Shown here: positions 16,877 to 29,014 of the stretch, in pieces
Position numbering within the stretch: position 1 is the first letter of the stretch
Layout of the letters: every line of letters begins with the position of its first letter
Source: Trichosphaerium sp. ATCC 40318
Lineage: Eukaryota > Protista > Tubulinea
Direction of reading: 5' to 3'
DNA length: 64,000 nucleotides
Assembly: GCA_038496445.1 (NCBI GenBank)
Contig: JALMLS010000483.1
Location: 52,446 to 116,445, forward strand
Made by a program: the position numbers and the translations under genes
Notes under the pieces: generated by a model
Told to the model about the DNA's origin: nothing
Database searches by the model: none
The model's input: the letters and a program-made list of their open reading frames with translations, nothing else

Positions 16877-18277
16877 CTACCCTGGATAGCTAATTTTTAA
16901 TGCTTTGAGTGCTTCTGGTGTTATTTTAGTTTCCCTGTGACGAATAGACTGTATAGACGCTAGCCCTGAAAGACAGTTATCTGTTAAAAAAAGACATCCA
17001 GTTAAATCCAAGTCATGAACATTAACAAGACACTTAACACCCTCATCTGTTATTTTTGTTAAGCCACAAAGCCATAGACGCTTCACGTTGTATAAACACT
17101 TTATACCTTTATCAGTAACTCTATTACAATCGCTCATATAAAGAACCCTGCAATTGGCTAAATACTTGATACCTTCATCAGTAATAAGATCACAACCACA
17201 AATATCAACACTTGAGGTACTTGATAAGTACTCAAGCCAATCATCCTCAACAGGAACATTTTGAAGATCAATAGTATGAACACCTGACAGTGACTTTATG
17301 CCTTCCTTTGTTATTCTATCGCATCCATTAAGATATATCGTGTGTACTCCTGAAAGATATGAAAGCGCTTCATCTGTAATATCACAGTGACTTATCTTAA
17401 TTGTGTGAACTCCAGCAAGCTCTCTTATACCTTTGCTTGAAATTTCTTTGCAATTCCTCAAGTCAATTTTTTTGACACCTGAAAGAGCTTTAAGAGACTT
17501 ATCAGTTATACTCGTGTGACTCAGACTGATTACTTCTATCTTCCTTCCTTTGCTTGTTAATCCTATTATACCATCATCTGTAACACGTGTACTATCTAGC
17601 TTCAAGTCAACAGCATTTTTAAGAGCGCTAATGCCATTGTTTGATATCTTCTTACAACTGTTTAAACTTAAAGAGTATACATTGCTGTATGACCTTAAAG
17701 CATCATCTGATATCTTCGAATAGCTAACATCTATCGTGTGCGCTCCTGAAAGTGATTTAAAACCTTCATCAGTCACTTTTTTGCATGAATACACATCAAT
17801 CTTGTGAACTCCTTCAAGCGATTTTATTCCTTCGTCTGTAACATTATTACACTCCCATATTGTGAGCGTATGTACTCCTGAGATATGCTTAAGACCTTCA
17901 TCTGTTAGTCCATCGTGTCCTTGAAGACGTAAAGAATGAACACCAGAAAGACAAGATAAGTCATCGTCAGTTAATCCGTCAAAGCGTGTTAAGGCAATAG
18001 CTGTATTTTTGATAAGCGGGCTTCCTTGTAGGAGTTTGCATTGGGCTGATGTTTTAACTTTAATCCTGTAAAAGCCCAGATGGTACCGTATAATATCTGA
18101 AAAAGCCCAACACGCCTGTGAAGGCTTAAATCTTAACCCACCAGGAACTAAGCGTAAAATTTCTGTCAGTATCTCTGTAGGAAGGTCTAGAAGCGTGGTA
18201 GTGCTATATTAAAGCGAAATATTAGTAATTTAAGTCGAATTGTGGGTTCATGAGTACCTTGTTTTTGAATCCGCCAT
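16877..18277 (-). CDS. F-box + leucine-rich-repeat protein (GVHTIDL/ITDEGIK-type LRR)
   Basis: MADSKT|STTTLLDLPTEILTEILRLV F-box, then about 16 LRRs such as ITDEALSYLSGVHTIYLNGC; a single 5' intron. Confidence 0.85.
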
Positions 18278-18409
18278 ATAGATGTATCTTTTGACGAGAT
18301 GGTCAATACCGTAAGTGTTTGCTTATTTTGTGCGTTATAGCCGCTGTTGACTTTTTTTTCTGTGAATGAGAAAAAACGCGTTCACGTGTGCCTGCGTTTG
18401 CAAAACCAC

Positions 18410-18520
18410 ATGCCTACTGTTGAACATAAAATAGGTATTGTGGGTAGTTGTGGCGTTGGAAAAACAATAGCTTATCTGTTTTTTACAATGCTTAGAATCA
18501 AATATGAGCCAACCAATTGT
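18410..18520 (+). pseudogene. Ras-family small GTPase N-terminal fragment
   Basis: MPTVEHKIGIVGSCGVGKT (P-loop) followed closely by KYEPT (switch I-like); the spacing is shortened and there is no continuation. Confidence 0.6.
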
Positions 18521-19124
18521 TCTCTTTTTTTTTAATACCAAAGCTGCTTTCTGTAGAAATGTTGTATCACGTGATTGATTTCGTGCACAATTGTCAATAC
18601 TGAGTGACCAAAGGTAGCCAAACCCATACAATGGATGGTATCGCTGACCTACAGCGACAATTACCAAATAAGTGTAAAACACCTTTTTTAAATTTTACAT
18701 CAAATTAGCACATAATTAATTAATTGGTTATGATGTGGTTCCATAAACGAATACTTACCCAATCTTTTTAACCAATATTAGGGTTATTTGGTCCATTAGA
18801 GTCACTACAAAGCGAAAGAATAAAGCACACGTTTAGCCATTTTGTTTAACTGGAGACAAAGTCGCCAGACTTCTTCGACGGTGAAAAATAGGTGACAAGA
18901 AAGTGAGAGTTGTACCGACATTTCACTAGCAAGTGAGAATAGCAAAAGTTTGCAACCTCCATCTCCTAACTTGCGAGTCAGAGGTCTGCGTCTTGGCGGC
19001 TAAAGGCTGACACATTGCGTGTGAACTTATTTGCCAAATCACTGCCTCGTTGATCTAAAGTCCGGTCACGCGTGACGTAGGTTTTCATCGATTTAGAAAG
19101 AGTGTTGCTCAGCTCCTAAATCGC

Positions 19125-19185
19125 TCTCTGGTTCATCTTGATTATTGTTTTAAGCTTACAGATGAAGGTATAAAGCACTAAAGTG
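19125..19185 (+). pseudogene. Isolated LRR remnant of the F-box-LRR family
   Basis: cttgattattgttttaagcttacagatgaaggtataaagcactaa = LDYCFKLTDEGIKH*. Confidence 0.5.
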
Positions 19186-21065
19186 TCACAACTTTGACTT
19201 TGCGTTGGGGAAACAAGAGGTCTGGTAGTGGTAAGGTCTATTATATTATATACATTATCTAAAGAGATATATGGTAAAACATCAGCGTCATTGAATCTGT
19301 TGAGTCACTTGACACTCACTAGCTGAATATCTTCACTTTGTGACATTGTTCTTATTTTTCGTGCCATACATAATTTTTATTGTATTATAAGCAGTTACAC
19401 CTCCGATAGCAAGCACTACAATATATAATAAGTATTGTCACGGTTTAAAAATTCTTTAAGGACATACCGATGCCAACAGCATTGTTCAATGAAATTGTTC
19501 TACCAAATTGAATTGATACTATTATCGCTAAAACACGCTAATAAAACAATAAATAAGGTAGGTAACTAGTCTACCTAACAATACCTTGAGAAGATTGAGC
19601 ACTGCATAAGTTAATGGATCGACTTGAGACATAACAGTGAAAGCACAAATCACTAAAAAAAAACGTGGTCAATCCACAGAAATAACGCTCTAACAAACGT
19701 ACTCTGTCCTGCATAAAGACATGCTGTTATCCCCCATAGTATTATCAAACCGCTTGTGAATACAATTGGTTTGTTTCCTACAACATAAAGTCAGCTTGAA
19801 GGGTCAACAATAATTAACAAACCTATTTTGAAACCAGTTTCAAGAAGAGCGCCACCTTCAAGGTAACACCATACTATGACTTGTAGTATACATCCCATGC
19901 AAGCAGAGTAAAACAACAAACTAAGCAATATTAGATGAACACTAGGAGAGTAACATAGTGGGAGTAATGATGAAGAAGGATACATACCTGAACTTTGTCC
20001 ATCTACCAGTTTTAAGTAATTTTTTAGAATACACATTTTGAAGTACGTCAACCAAAACAACTGAGGACGCTAATGTATGATGTCAATTATGGTAATCTCA
20101 ATAAATTAAACTAGTCAATGCTTTATGTACCACATCCAAAGGAAAATAAATCAAACTCCAATTGATTAGAAGTGCTCAACACAACACCTAAAAATCCGAA
20201 ATGTCAAAAAAATTATCGAACAATTTTTCATCACATTACGTGCCCAAAACAATAGGTATGAGCGTAACATATACAGTCCACGCTTCCACTTGAGCCATTA
20301 ATATATAAGCAATAACAGAAGTGAATACTGGCGCCATTGACTAAAGTAAATGAGCGATTCTTTGTTTTTTGATAAAAAGAATTTCTCGTGGTATTGAGCG
20401 AGATTACGCAGATAAAAGTACCTTCATTGTTTGCACATAGGACACGTCAAGGTTTACCAAGCTATATTAGCTTAAATAGACGAGATAAAGTATTTTTGTA
20501 CCTGTACATAAGCAATAAAAGCGAGAGCGATTTCAAACCGCCCAGGGGTGTTAGTTCTAAGCGAAAATTAATTGTTAAAGAGTTGTCGGTTCGTACCTCT
20601 GAGAAGATGCCCGAAAGGTGTTTCTGTTTTACTGTTACTATCGGGCGCGTTGAATAAACGCATCGCTAGTACTCCAGCGGCCGCTGCTGTTATTAAACTT
20701 ACAACCGTTACTTACGAAACAGTTAATGCTTCTACAAGGTAAGTGATGATGTTTACTTGTATTTGGGTACGGCACTGCAACCAACAGTTTCTTTAAAAAT
20801 AATGGTGTCATTATACTTATACAATACCATCTATACGTCATTGTTAACATATTTAAGCGTAAAAAAGGAAAAGCATAACAAAAAAAGTAACAGTTACCCT
20901 ATTATCGAAGCAATGGCGTAAACAGTACATACACTGCTTTTCTTCCCTTTTTCCATCGCTCCTTTGTACCACGTAGACTGACCCAGTGCTCAAGTGTTCA
21001 ATTTTTGCGAAATTTCTTAAAGAGCACAGTATTTACAAAACCAAATCAAAATAGAAACAACTTCA

Positions 21066-22346
21066 ATGACATCAAAAAGTGATGAAGATGATACTCCGAA
21101 GCAAAGTTTAGGCGATAGAATGAAAGAATACGAGCAAGCTTTCAACAATCGCTTAGACCCCACCAAACCATATATTTGCAGGCTAGATGGCGCGTTAAAC
21201 CAGTTTAACAAAAAATAAACTAATTATAACCAGGACACAATTTCAGCACTTTCATGAAGAGATTTCGTAAGCCATTTGATGTGAGAGGTACTCTACAAGC
21301 TTTTCGCTGTTATAACAAACTGTTAACCTTTTTTAGTTCACAACGCAATGTTAGGAGCTACAACAGATCTGGTACGATATATATCGCGTATTCCATCCGT
21401 TTACGGGGTTGTAACGTGTATAGATTAAAAAATTCCAACCCACGCTTGGATACACTTGTAGTGATGAAATAACCCTAGTATGGCCTGTAGAACCTCAAGA
21501 GCCTAATGAAGAGGGAGAAGTACCTCCTCCAAAAGAGGTTCTCTTCGGTGTATGTCCAAATTCTTGTCCTGAAAAAAAAATTAGAAGTTTTTTAACGTTT
21601 GTCACAGGGTCGTGTTACAAAGCTTGCTACTGTTATATCTGGACTTTGTTCTGTAAGTTTTTATATGCATCTTATTGCACAAGACTACAGTGATGATCCT
21701 GGGGCACGTGATCTTATGTAAAATGTTTATTTCGCTCACTTTTTTTCTAGTTGTTAGAGCATATTAACAACACAAAGCCTCACTTTGATGCTAGATTTTT
21801 CAATGTTTCTGACAACAATGAACTTGTCGTACGTGATTATGTCACATTATTGCTATTTGTACTAACGGAAATAACAGAACAACTTGATGTGGAGACATGC
21901 TTTTGACTACAGAAGGAATTCAATAGCAGGCTTAGGGTATCATCATTATAGCAACAAGTCTTTACATAAGATGAACACTACCCAGGTGAGGAATATAGAT
22001 GTTCTTTTTTGAATATGCAAGTATAACAAGGGAATAGGTAATAGAAAAGCTTGAGAAAGAGAAAGGTATAAAGTGGAGTGATCAACCTGGATGGTACAAA
22101 TGGGGTGCCTTTGTGAAGGTAATCATTTCGTTTCCAGTTGTATGTGCTTACTCTGATGTTTGTTTCGAATAGAGGGAGAAATATTTTAAAGAAGTTGAAG
22201 TCAATGGAGAAACAATACAAGCAACTAGAACACGATGTGTTCCTTTCATTTTCGAGATGGAAAAGCAGGTGTCAGAAAAAAATCTCAACTTTGTGCTGTC
22301 AAAATACGCTGAGGAAAATACAAAAGAGCTAATGGGAAGTGAATAG
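21066..22346 (+). CDS. Thg1-like protein (TLP; 3'-5' nucleotidyltransferase)
   Basis: SLGDRMKEYE, ICRLDGHNFS, GYTCSDEITL, FGGRVTKL, PHFDARFF, WR..D.RRNSI, WYKWGAFVK. 8 introns, two of them GC-AG (21190-21233, 21704-21750). Confidence 0.93.
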
Positions 22347-22551
22347 TGCCGCTATAAGAGTTGTATTTACAGTCTTCATTATCAATAAAATAGTACAATG
22401 TGTTACCTCAACTTGATGGTTAATTTTTTCAAAAAAAGTCAACGCTGAAAAAAATCGATTCATTGACAGCGGTTGTAGTGTACAGTTAGAGCTCGAATCA
22501 TTTTTCCTTTAAGAAACGTGCGATATGTTATGTCACGTGAATAGGTGGATA

Positions 22552-25098
22552 ATGTTGGTACGAAAAACGTGAAAGTGATGTATTAATCGAGAATTAATAG
22601 GTATTTGCGCTTTTTGTTATCTTTTTAACTTCTGGTACGCGTCTTTGTTGTTATTCACGTGTTAAACCATTGAAGAGTAATTTGGTTACATATTAGGCGT
22701 AATATTTGGCTGGCCAGGTACTTTAACGTTTCTGGGCGTAATCACGTGCTGAAATGAAAAACTAGTATTGCAAATACTACTTCAAGAAGAGGGTCAGTTT
22801 AGCCACTTGTGCGAGGGAAATACAGTAAGTGATATCAATCAACAGTCCACTCCGCGCTTTCACGTGATTTCTACGCGTACATGAGGCTTATATTGAATAG
22901 ACTAAGTGTCAAGAGCAGACAAGGCGATTTGAACAAATATTTGCTTCTGGTGCTATTGCCGCTCGTCTTGGTTTGTTACCGCTGGGTGTTTTCTTGGATT
23001 TCTTTGGCCCTCGGTTTACTGTCATTCTATTCTTACTATTACATTCTATGGCAAGCTTGTTTATGGCGTTCTCTCAGTCAACAGGTGCTGACTCGTGAAT
23101 CCTGCAGACAGCCTTGTTTATTTTTGAGTAGGAGCGGATCTTTTCTTCCCAGCGATGGTTATTTATGGTGTAGGTGGACAGATTATACAAGTGTCACAGC
23201 TGTGAGTTCCAGATAAGTTTAAGTGCTAGTAATGGTTTTCTTACTTGTACAATACAGTCATTTAAGCAACCTCTTTTCCAGAAAAGCTACTGTTGTAACA
23301 TTCATTTCTGTAGCATTGACAGCTTCTTTTTGGATATTGCCTCTATTCAAGGTACTGTTCTTTTTCAAGGTCACGTGTTATTTATATTGTTTGTAATAAA
23401 CAAACTTAGGTTATACACGATAATCTTGATGTTTCAAGAGAAGTACGAGAGCACTGCTTTAAGATTTAAGCTTTTTTTGTAATTTTTTTCACATAGGCAA
23501 TATTTATTTCTTATTCTATTCTCGCTTTTGTTCTTGCTCTCTTGTCATGGGTAATTTAAAATTTTTCTAGTGTAGTATCTAAAGTATGTATTTTGTTATT
23601 ATAGTTCATCAGTGTTGATAGTCCGTTTAAACAAGGTGATACAGTAAAAAACCAGAAACAAAAAGATATTCCGATTTTCCGCAAATGTTGTGGTTCACTG
23701 ACACCAAGCACTCCTAAAGTAGTCATGGCGGTAAGTATCGATATCTTATAACATGCACTCTAATTTTTAATGACCTTGTAGCCTGTTGGTGAAAGCAATG
23801 ACTCTAAACCTGTTGTTCATTTCTTTGATCAAATCTTCTCTTTAAAATTTATTTTTCTTGCCACTTTCTTCTCGGTTTTCATTCTAAAAATAAACATGTA
23901 CATGGCTAACTTTACTGGGCTCTTTACTAAAGTAGATCCTGAACAAGGTGAGAACTTATAATTCCTTATTGATGATAACTAAACTCAAGTATTAAGGTCA
24001 ACACATGGCTCAAGTTGTGATTTTTTGTATGCCAGGAGTGTCGATTATTTCAGTTCCAGTCATAGGTACGAACCTTAACTTATTATCTGTTGATACTAAA
24101 AATACTCCATAAACAAACAGGGTTAATGATTGATGCTGAAGTTAGAAACGGAACTATAAAGTGGACATTTTTGTACTTGAACGTGGCTGCGATTGTTTGG
24201 AGGTATGTTATTCTTAGTTTTTTCATGGTTTTAGTCTTAAATATTTTAGTGGATTGCTGCTTGTTCCACATAGTGCTGCCTTGATTGTATCTTCTTTAAT
24301 ATATGCGCATACAATCCCTATGATATTTGGAACTTTTTTTAATTATATTGCTCTAGAGTACGTAACAAGCTTTTCAAGTTGTCAAAAACAACCAAGCAAG
24401 TGTTCCTTAACTTTTTCTGTAGATTCGGTTTCTCGTATGCACTGTACCTAACTTAGTAGCAACCTAAAATGAATTTAGACATTACGGAAGAATAGTAGGG
24501 ACAGGATTTGCGATAGCTGGTATGTATTCTACAATAGAACAACTTAACGAACCTATTTTTAGGAACAGTCGCACTTTTACAGTTCTTTTTGATAACACTT
24601 GCAGAGTATCTTGTACAGGTATGTTACTGTCGTAATGTAAACTAATTCTAATACATGCCTAGAACATTATTGGCATTTTGGTTTGTGTTCCTCTGTTCTT
24701 ATTTCCTTTGTGGCTTCATTTCTTTGCAAAACGTGGCAGTATGAACTTTGGCTTTTTTGTTGTTTTTTTTGTTTACACTTCTAGAGTATACCAACGAAAT
24801 GGTCTCTCAATGGCGATTAGCAATGCCAATGTTTCTTATACTCTCACCACAAAGTACTGATAAACCGGAAACGCGCACAAGGAGAGCTAATTCGTTGAGA
24901 CATCGATCAAGAGTCACAACTACTAGATCACAGTATTATTCAACTATTGTAAACAGCGAACTTACTGCAAGACGATTCGCCTTTGCTACGCCCTTATTGA
25001 ATGATCAAGACGATTTAGATAACCAAGCGGAAGAATTAGATACTGGAGAAACTACTGTAGACCTTGGAACAGATCCACAAAGTAATAATACATTGTAA
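22552..25098 (+). CDS. MFS transporter, SLC43/LAT3/FMP42-like
   Basis: TSGVIFGWP..ILLQEEGQFSHLC, LPLGVFLDFFGPR, HLSNLFS; many hydrophobic exons. Start approximate. Confidence 0.75.
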
Positions 25099-25562
25099 AT
25101 TGCTAACAATTGCTTTCGGTGTGGTTTATTTTTACAAGCTCCAGTCTGTTTATATGGACGCTTCTTAGCTTATACTACCTTTAAAGACAGCATTTGTACA
25201 CTGAGTGTCTTTATGAACGTTATCTACAAGATTATGAAGCCCTCATTCCTTAGAAATCAAAAATAACACTTTTTTTTTCTGAGTCTATTGATGTAAACCA
25301 CTTAATGCTGGTAAGGTGTACACCAGTTCTCTTTTTCGAAGAATGCGAAGCAATATCATCGTCGGTCAGCCAAAATAAAACGGTATCTAAGGAACGTTTA
25401 TTGAGTGATACTAAGGTAGTACAATAAAGCAAATCTTGCAAGGCTTTCATGCAAAGCTGTCCGAAATTTCGGTAAGTTTTGAACTACGGTATGATTTGTA
25501 GGCTTACAGCTGTCACATTCTTTGTTAAAAGAAACTTTTCTACATTTCTTTGAAGCGCACGT

Positions 25563-28147
25563 CTATTGAGTACAAAAGGCTTCCAACAACTTGCGTCTTT
25601 CTTTAGTTTTTAACTCAATCTCTTCCCAAAGTGTCCCATTAAACGTGTTTTTTCTATAAATCTTTGAATAAATCCTTCTATCTAGTTTCCTCTTTGGACA
25701 AGCGCCTTTCAAATTAAGAAGGTTATAACACGCTTCAATGACTTTTTCAACAGTATCAAAAGGCCCATGACGCCCTTCCTTTGTTCTGAGACAATCATTA
25801 GAAAGGAACCAAAAAAAAAGAAAAATTTTAGCTTGGGGTTTTTCTTCTTGTATTGTACCCTATCGTATAACCACCACTAGGAGCATAAAGCAAACGGTGA
25901 TGGCTTGCGCATATATAGCGGTGTTCTTCATCTCGTTGTTGACAAGAAAGAGTAAATGGGTTATTCGGCCTGTAAAGAGGTCAGTGTAAAAAAACAAGGC
26001 AGTTTATATCTTTAAAGTACTTACAAATCAGCTGATATTCTAAGAAGGAAAGTACCACTTGGTCTTCTACTAAGTCTAGTTTCAGCAGTTTTCATGTCAA
26101 TGTATCCGTGAAACCACCTATTCAAAGAAGAAAATTAGTAAACAAAAAAAGCTAATATTGGCAACAAAAAGTTGGTGTTCTACATACTCCTTTTGTATTA
26201 ATCTGAATACACTGCTGAATATTGGCCTACAATAACGCTTTAATATAAAAGGTCCAAATACTCTCAATGCTAAATTAAAGCTCTCCATGGTGACTGTATT
26301 TGTGTTTTCAACAGGCTTCCAAGGTGCTATAGGCTTAACTTTTCGCTTTCTCAAAATCCCTGCTAAGGTAGGTACCCTCATCCCATAGCCTATTAAATGA
26401 GTACTAATTAGAAACCATAGTAATAAAATACAGTACATAAGTAAGTTTTAAGGCATTCAGGTGATGTTGAGACGCCCATTTTGTCAAAATCAGAGAGTTC
26501 AAGTGTTTCCTCAAGTTTTGTTTTGAACACGTGCCAATCTACTTGTAACTTGTCCTGAAAAAACAAGTTAATATCTAGTTGCCTAAGTTCTTTACAACTG
26601 TTACGTTGATGATAGTGTACATACCTCCTTGTCCGAGACAAAATTCTGCTGCCAAAAAGTTTGTCCGGCTTCATTGTCTATTGATTGTTCAATAATGGCA
26701 AAGTTGAGCTGTTTAATAACTCCATTGAAGTATGGCCGCTGGGTATAATCTGAATGCCAACATGTTGATATTAAATTACGCAATCTTTTAGGAATACTAT
26801 CATAGAGTTGCGGCCTTTGATTAGCACAAACAGCTCTAAAACACAAAATCAGTATTAAATTTTTTCGATTATATTCAACCTTGCTAAAGCCATCTGTTGT
26901 TCCTGTTTTGTTCCAGTGTAATTGAGGTGACTGAAAGGTTTTTGACCAGTTATAAGTTCCCATAAAATAATACTAAAGCTATAGACATCCCTTCTTTGAT
27001 CTGTTCGTTGTTGTTGCATTACCTCTGGGGCCATATAACCTAGACTCCCTATTGGAACTTAAGAAAGCTGGAAGTTATTCAAAATAAAAAATTGTTCGTT
27101 TTCGGTTGCTTCCACGTGGTTTTCTTTGTAACATGAAGACTGAATTCTTACCTTTTGCTTGAGCTATGAACGAGCTGCCTTTAAAAACTTTGCCAAAGCC
27201 AAAATCTGCTATTTTAACAGTACCATCAGCAGATACCTAAAGGAGTATTATTACAATCATGAAAGGAAAAAAAGCTGTCTATTATTTCTAAATTGAAACT
27301 TCTTGACAAGCTCAGCACAACCACATACAAGAAGATTTGCAGGTTTTAAATCTCTGTGAACCATCTTCACGATATTGTGTATCCAACTCATACCAAGAGG
27401 CATCTTTAGCCATCAGCAATCTAATCTTTAATGGAATTTTTGAAATGTCATCCTAACCATTTTAGGAGTTATATTGTAATCAATAACATTTATATGTACA
27501 TCAAGAAGTTTCTTAACATCTGTTTCACAAAATTCTGTTATTATTTTAACTGTATTCCCTTCTGTATTAGCACCAAGGAAACGAACAACCGAAGGGTGAT
27601 TGATTTTACTAAAACAATAAATTACTGACACTTGAATATGAGTTGGGAGTTTCTAACACCTCATAGTTAAAACTTCATCACGAAATGTTTTTAGTTCAAG
27701 CTTGCTTAAAGTTTTTTTAGGTACTTTAATAGCTACAGTGAAATTTTGGCAACATCCTTTGTAAACCATAAGAAAGGCAAGTCTTTATAATTGGCAATTA
27801 CCTCTGTACACTACTCCGTAGGATCCTTCACCTATAATGTCTTTCTCTTCATAGTGAATTTCACTATTGGGTATTTCTGGTCCAGCCACTTGTGGTACTT
27901 CTGAAGGCGGTGGCTGTCTCAATTGGTAATGTGATGGTGGTGGAGGTGGACCTACACCCATTGGAGGTGGAGGTGGTGGCGGATGCCACACGCCTGTACC
28001 AGCCATATGTGGCGCTATTCCTAGAGGTTGACTACTCATTGAAGGTTGCTGTGAAGTACCTAAATTCTTATTAACGCAATGGGATGTTAAGTGCCCCTCT
28101 TACTTGTGGTGCCCTAAATAAAAACTGTTAATTACCAATCTACTCAT
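25563..28147 (-). CDS. Shk-type TKL protein kinase with C-terminal SH2 domain (contains one frameshift)
   Basis: IGEGSYGVVYRG, VAIK, HRDLKPANLL, DFG, GSLGYMAPE, DVYSFSIILWEL; SH2 WFHGYIDMKTAETRLSRRPSGTFLLRIS; Pro-rich N-terminus. Frame break near 27398. Confidence 0.88.
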
Positions 28148-28206
28148 CTTAGATGTTTCAAAAAGCAAAGATAGGTTGTGAGGAAAATAAACATTGCTCA
28201 AGAACT

Positions 28207-28933
28207 ATCTTCTATGTTTCAAAATCAAGACAGAAATGTTGCCAGCCTCGCGCGTCCATATGTCTTCCATTAAAAAAGTGAATATTGCGAGATTTCTTGA
28301 ACTTGAACATTGACTTCTTGAAACGCATACAACTAGTCGAACTTAGCTCTCTTACGCACATAATTGCCGTACATACGCAGAAACGTTTAAGCGGAAGACA
28401 TAAGACGTGCAAGGTATTTCTATAACGGTAAACAAACGTGCGGGTACAAGTAAACTAATTTAGGTGCTATTAAGAAATTTTGGGCGGCTTTTAGATTATG
28501 TTAACATGTTTTTAGTCAATAGCTGCTGTTTATCGTTAAAACGCACCATTAATGCGAATGCGCTATCAGAAAGTTCTGAAGTTGTGTATCTAATGGTATC
28601 AATGCTCATTGACGACATTGATGCTTCCAGGTCCTCCTCCATCCTTGTTGTATCAATTTGTTGCAGGCGATTTCTCACAACAATAAGATTCTGATTGACT
28701 TTGTGTCGTGTTCCTTTTTGGGCGCAAAAACACATAAGGTTTGTATCATCTTGTATGCCTTTCTAGCGTGATACATTTTTGAGACAAATGCGAAATGTCT
28801 TAAAAAAAACACGTGCCTTTTAATAGCTGGCACGTGCGTCAAGACGACAGAAAAGCACTTGAAGAATCTTCGGCAGGCATGGGTGATGTAAATAAATAGG
28901 CATAGTGGTAGGCTGTAAACGTACCAAACTCAT
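28207..28933 (-). CDS. Hypothetical small multi-exon protein
   Basis: MSL|ILQVLFCRLD|KGIQDDTNLMCFCAQKGTRHKVNQNLIVVRNRLQ... splices in frame using a GT intron and a GC-AG intron (28763-28837). Head-to-head with the SLC19-like gene; 3' exons uncertain. Confidence 0.5.
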
Positions 28934-29014
28934 CTGCACTTTTTGTCAATTAATAGTTCTGGTCAACGGCAGTTTATACAATAACGACTCTCAAGCAACC
29001 CACACGCGCAACGT

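Noticed and set aside
18750-18770. ATACTTACC resembling the U1 snRNA 5' end
   Set aside because: The match stops after 9 nt, with no U1 stem-loops or Sm site evident.
19791-20060. Ankyrin-like remnant (LLFYSACMG..LEGGA)
   Set aside because: Too degenerate to support a call.
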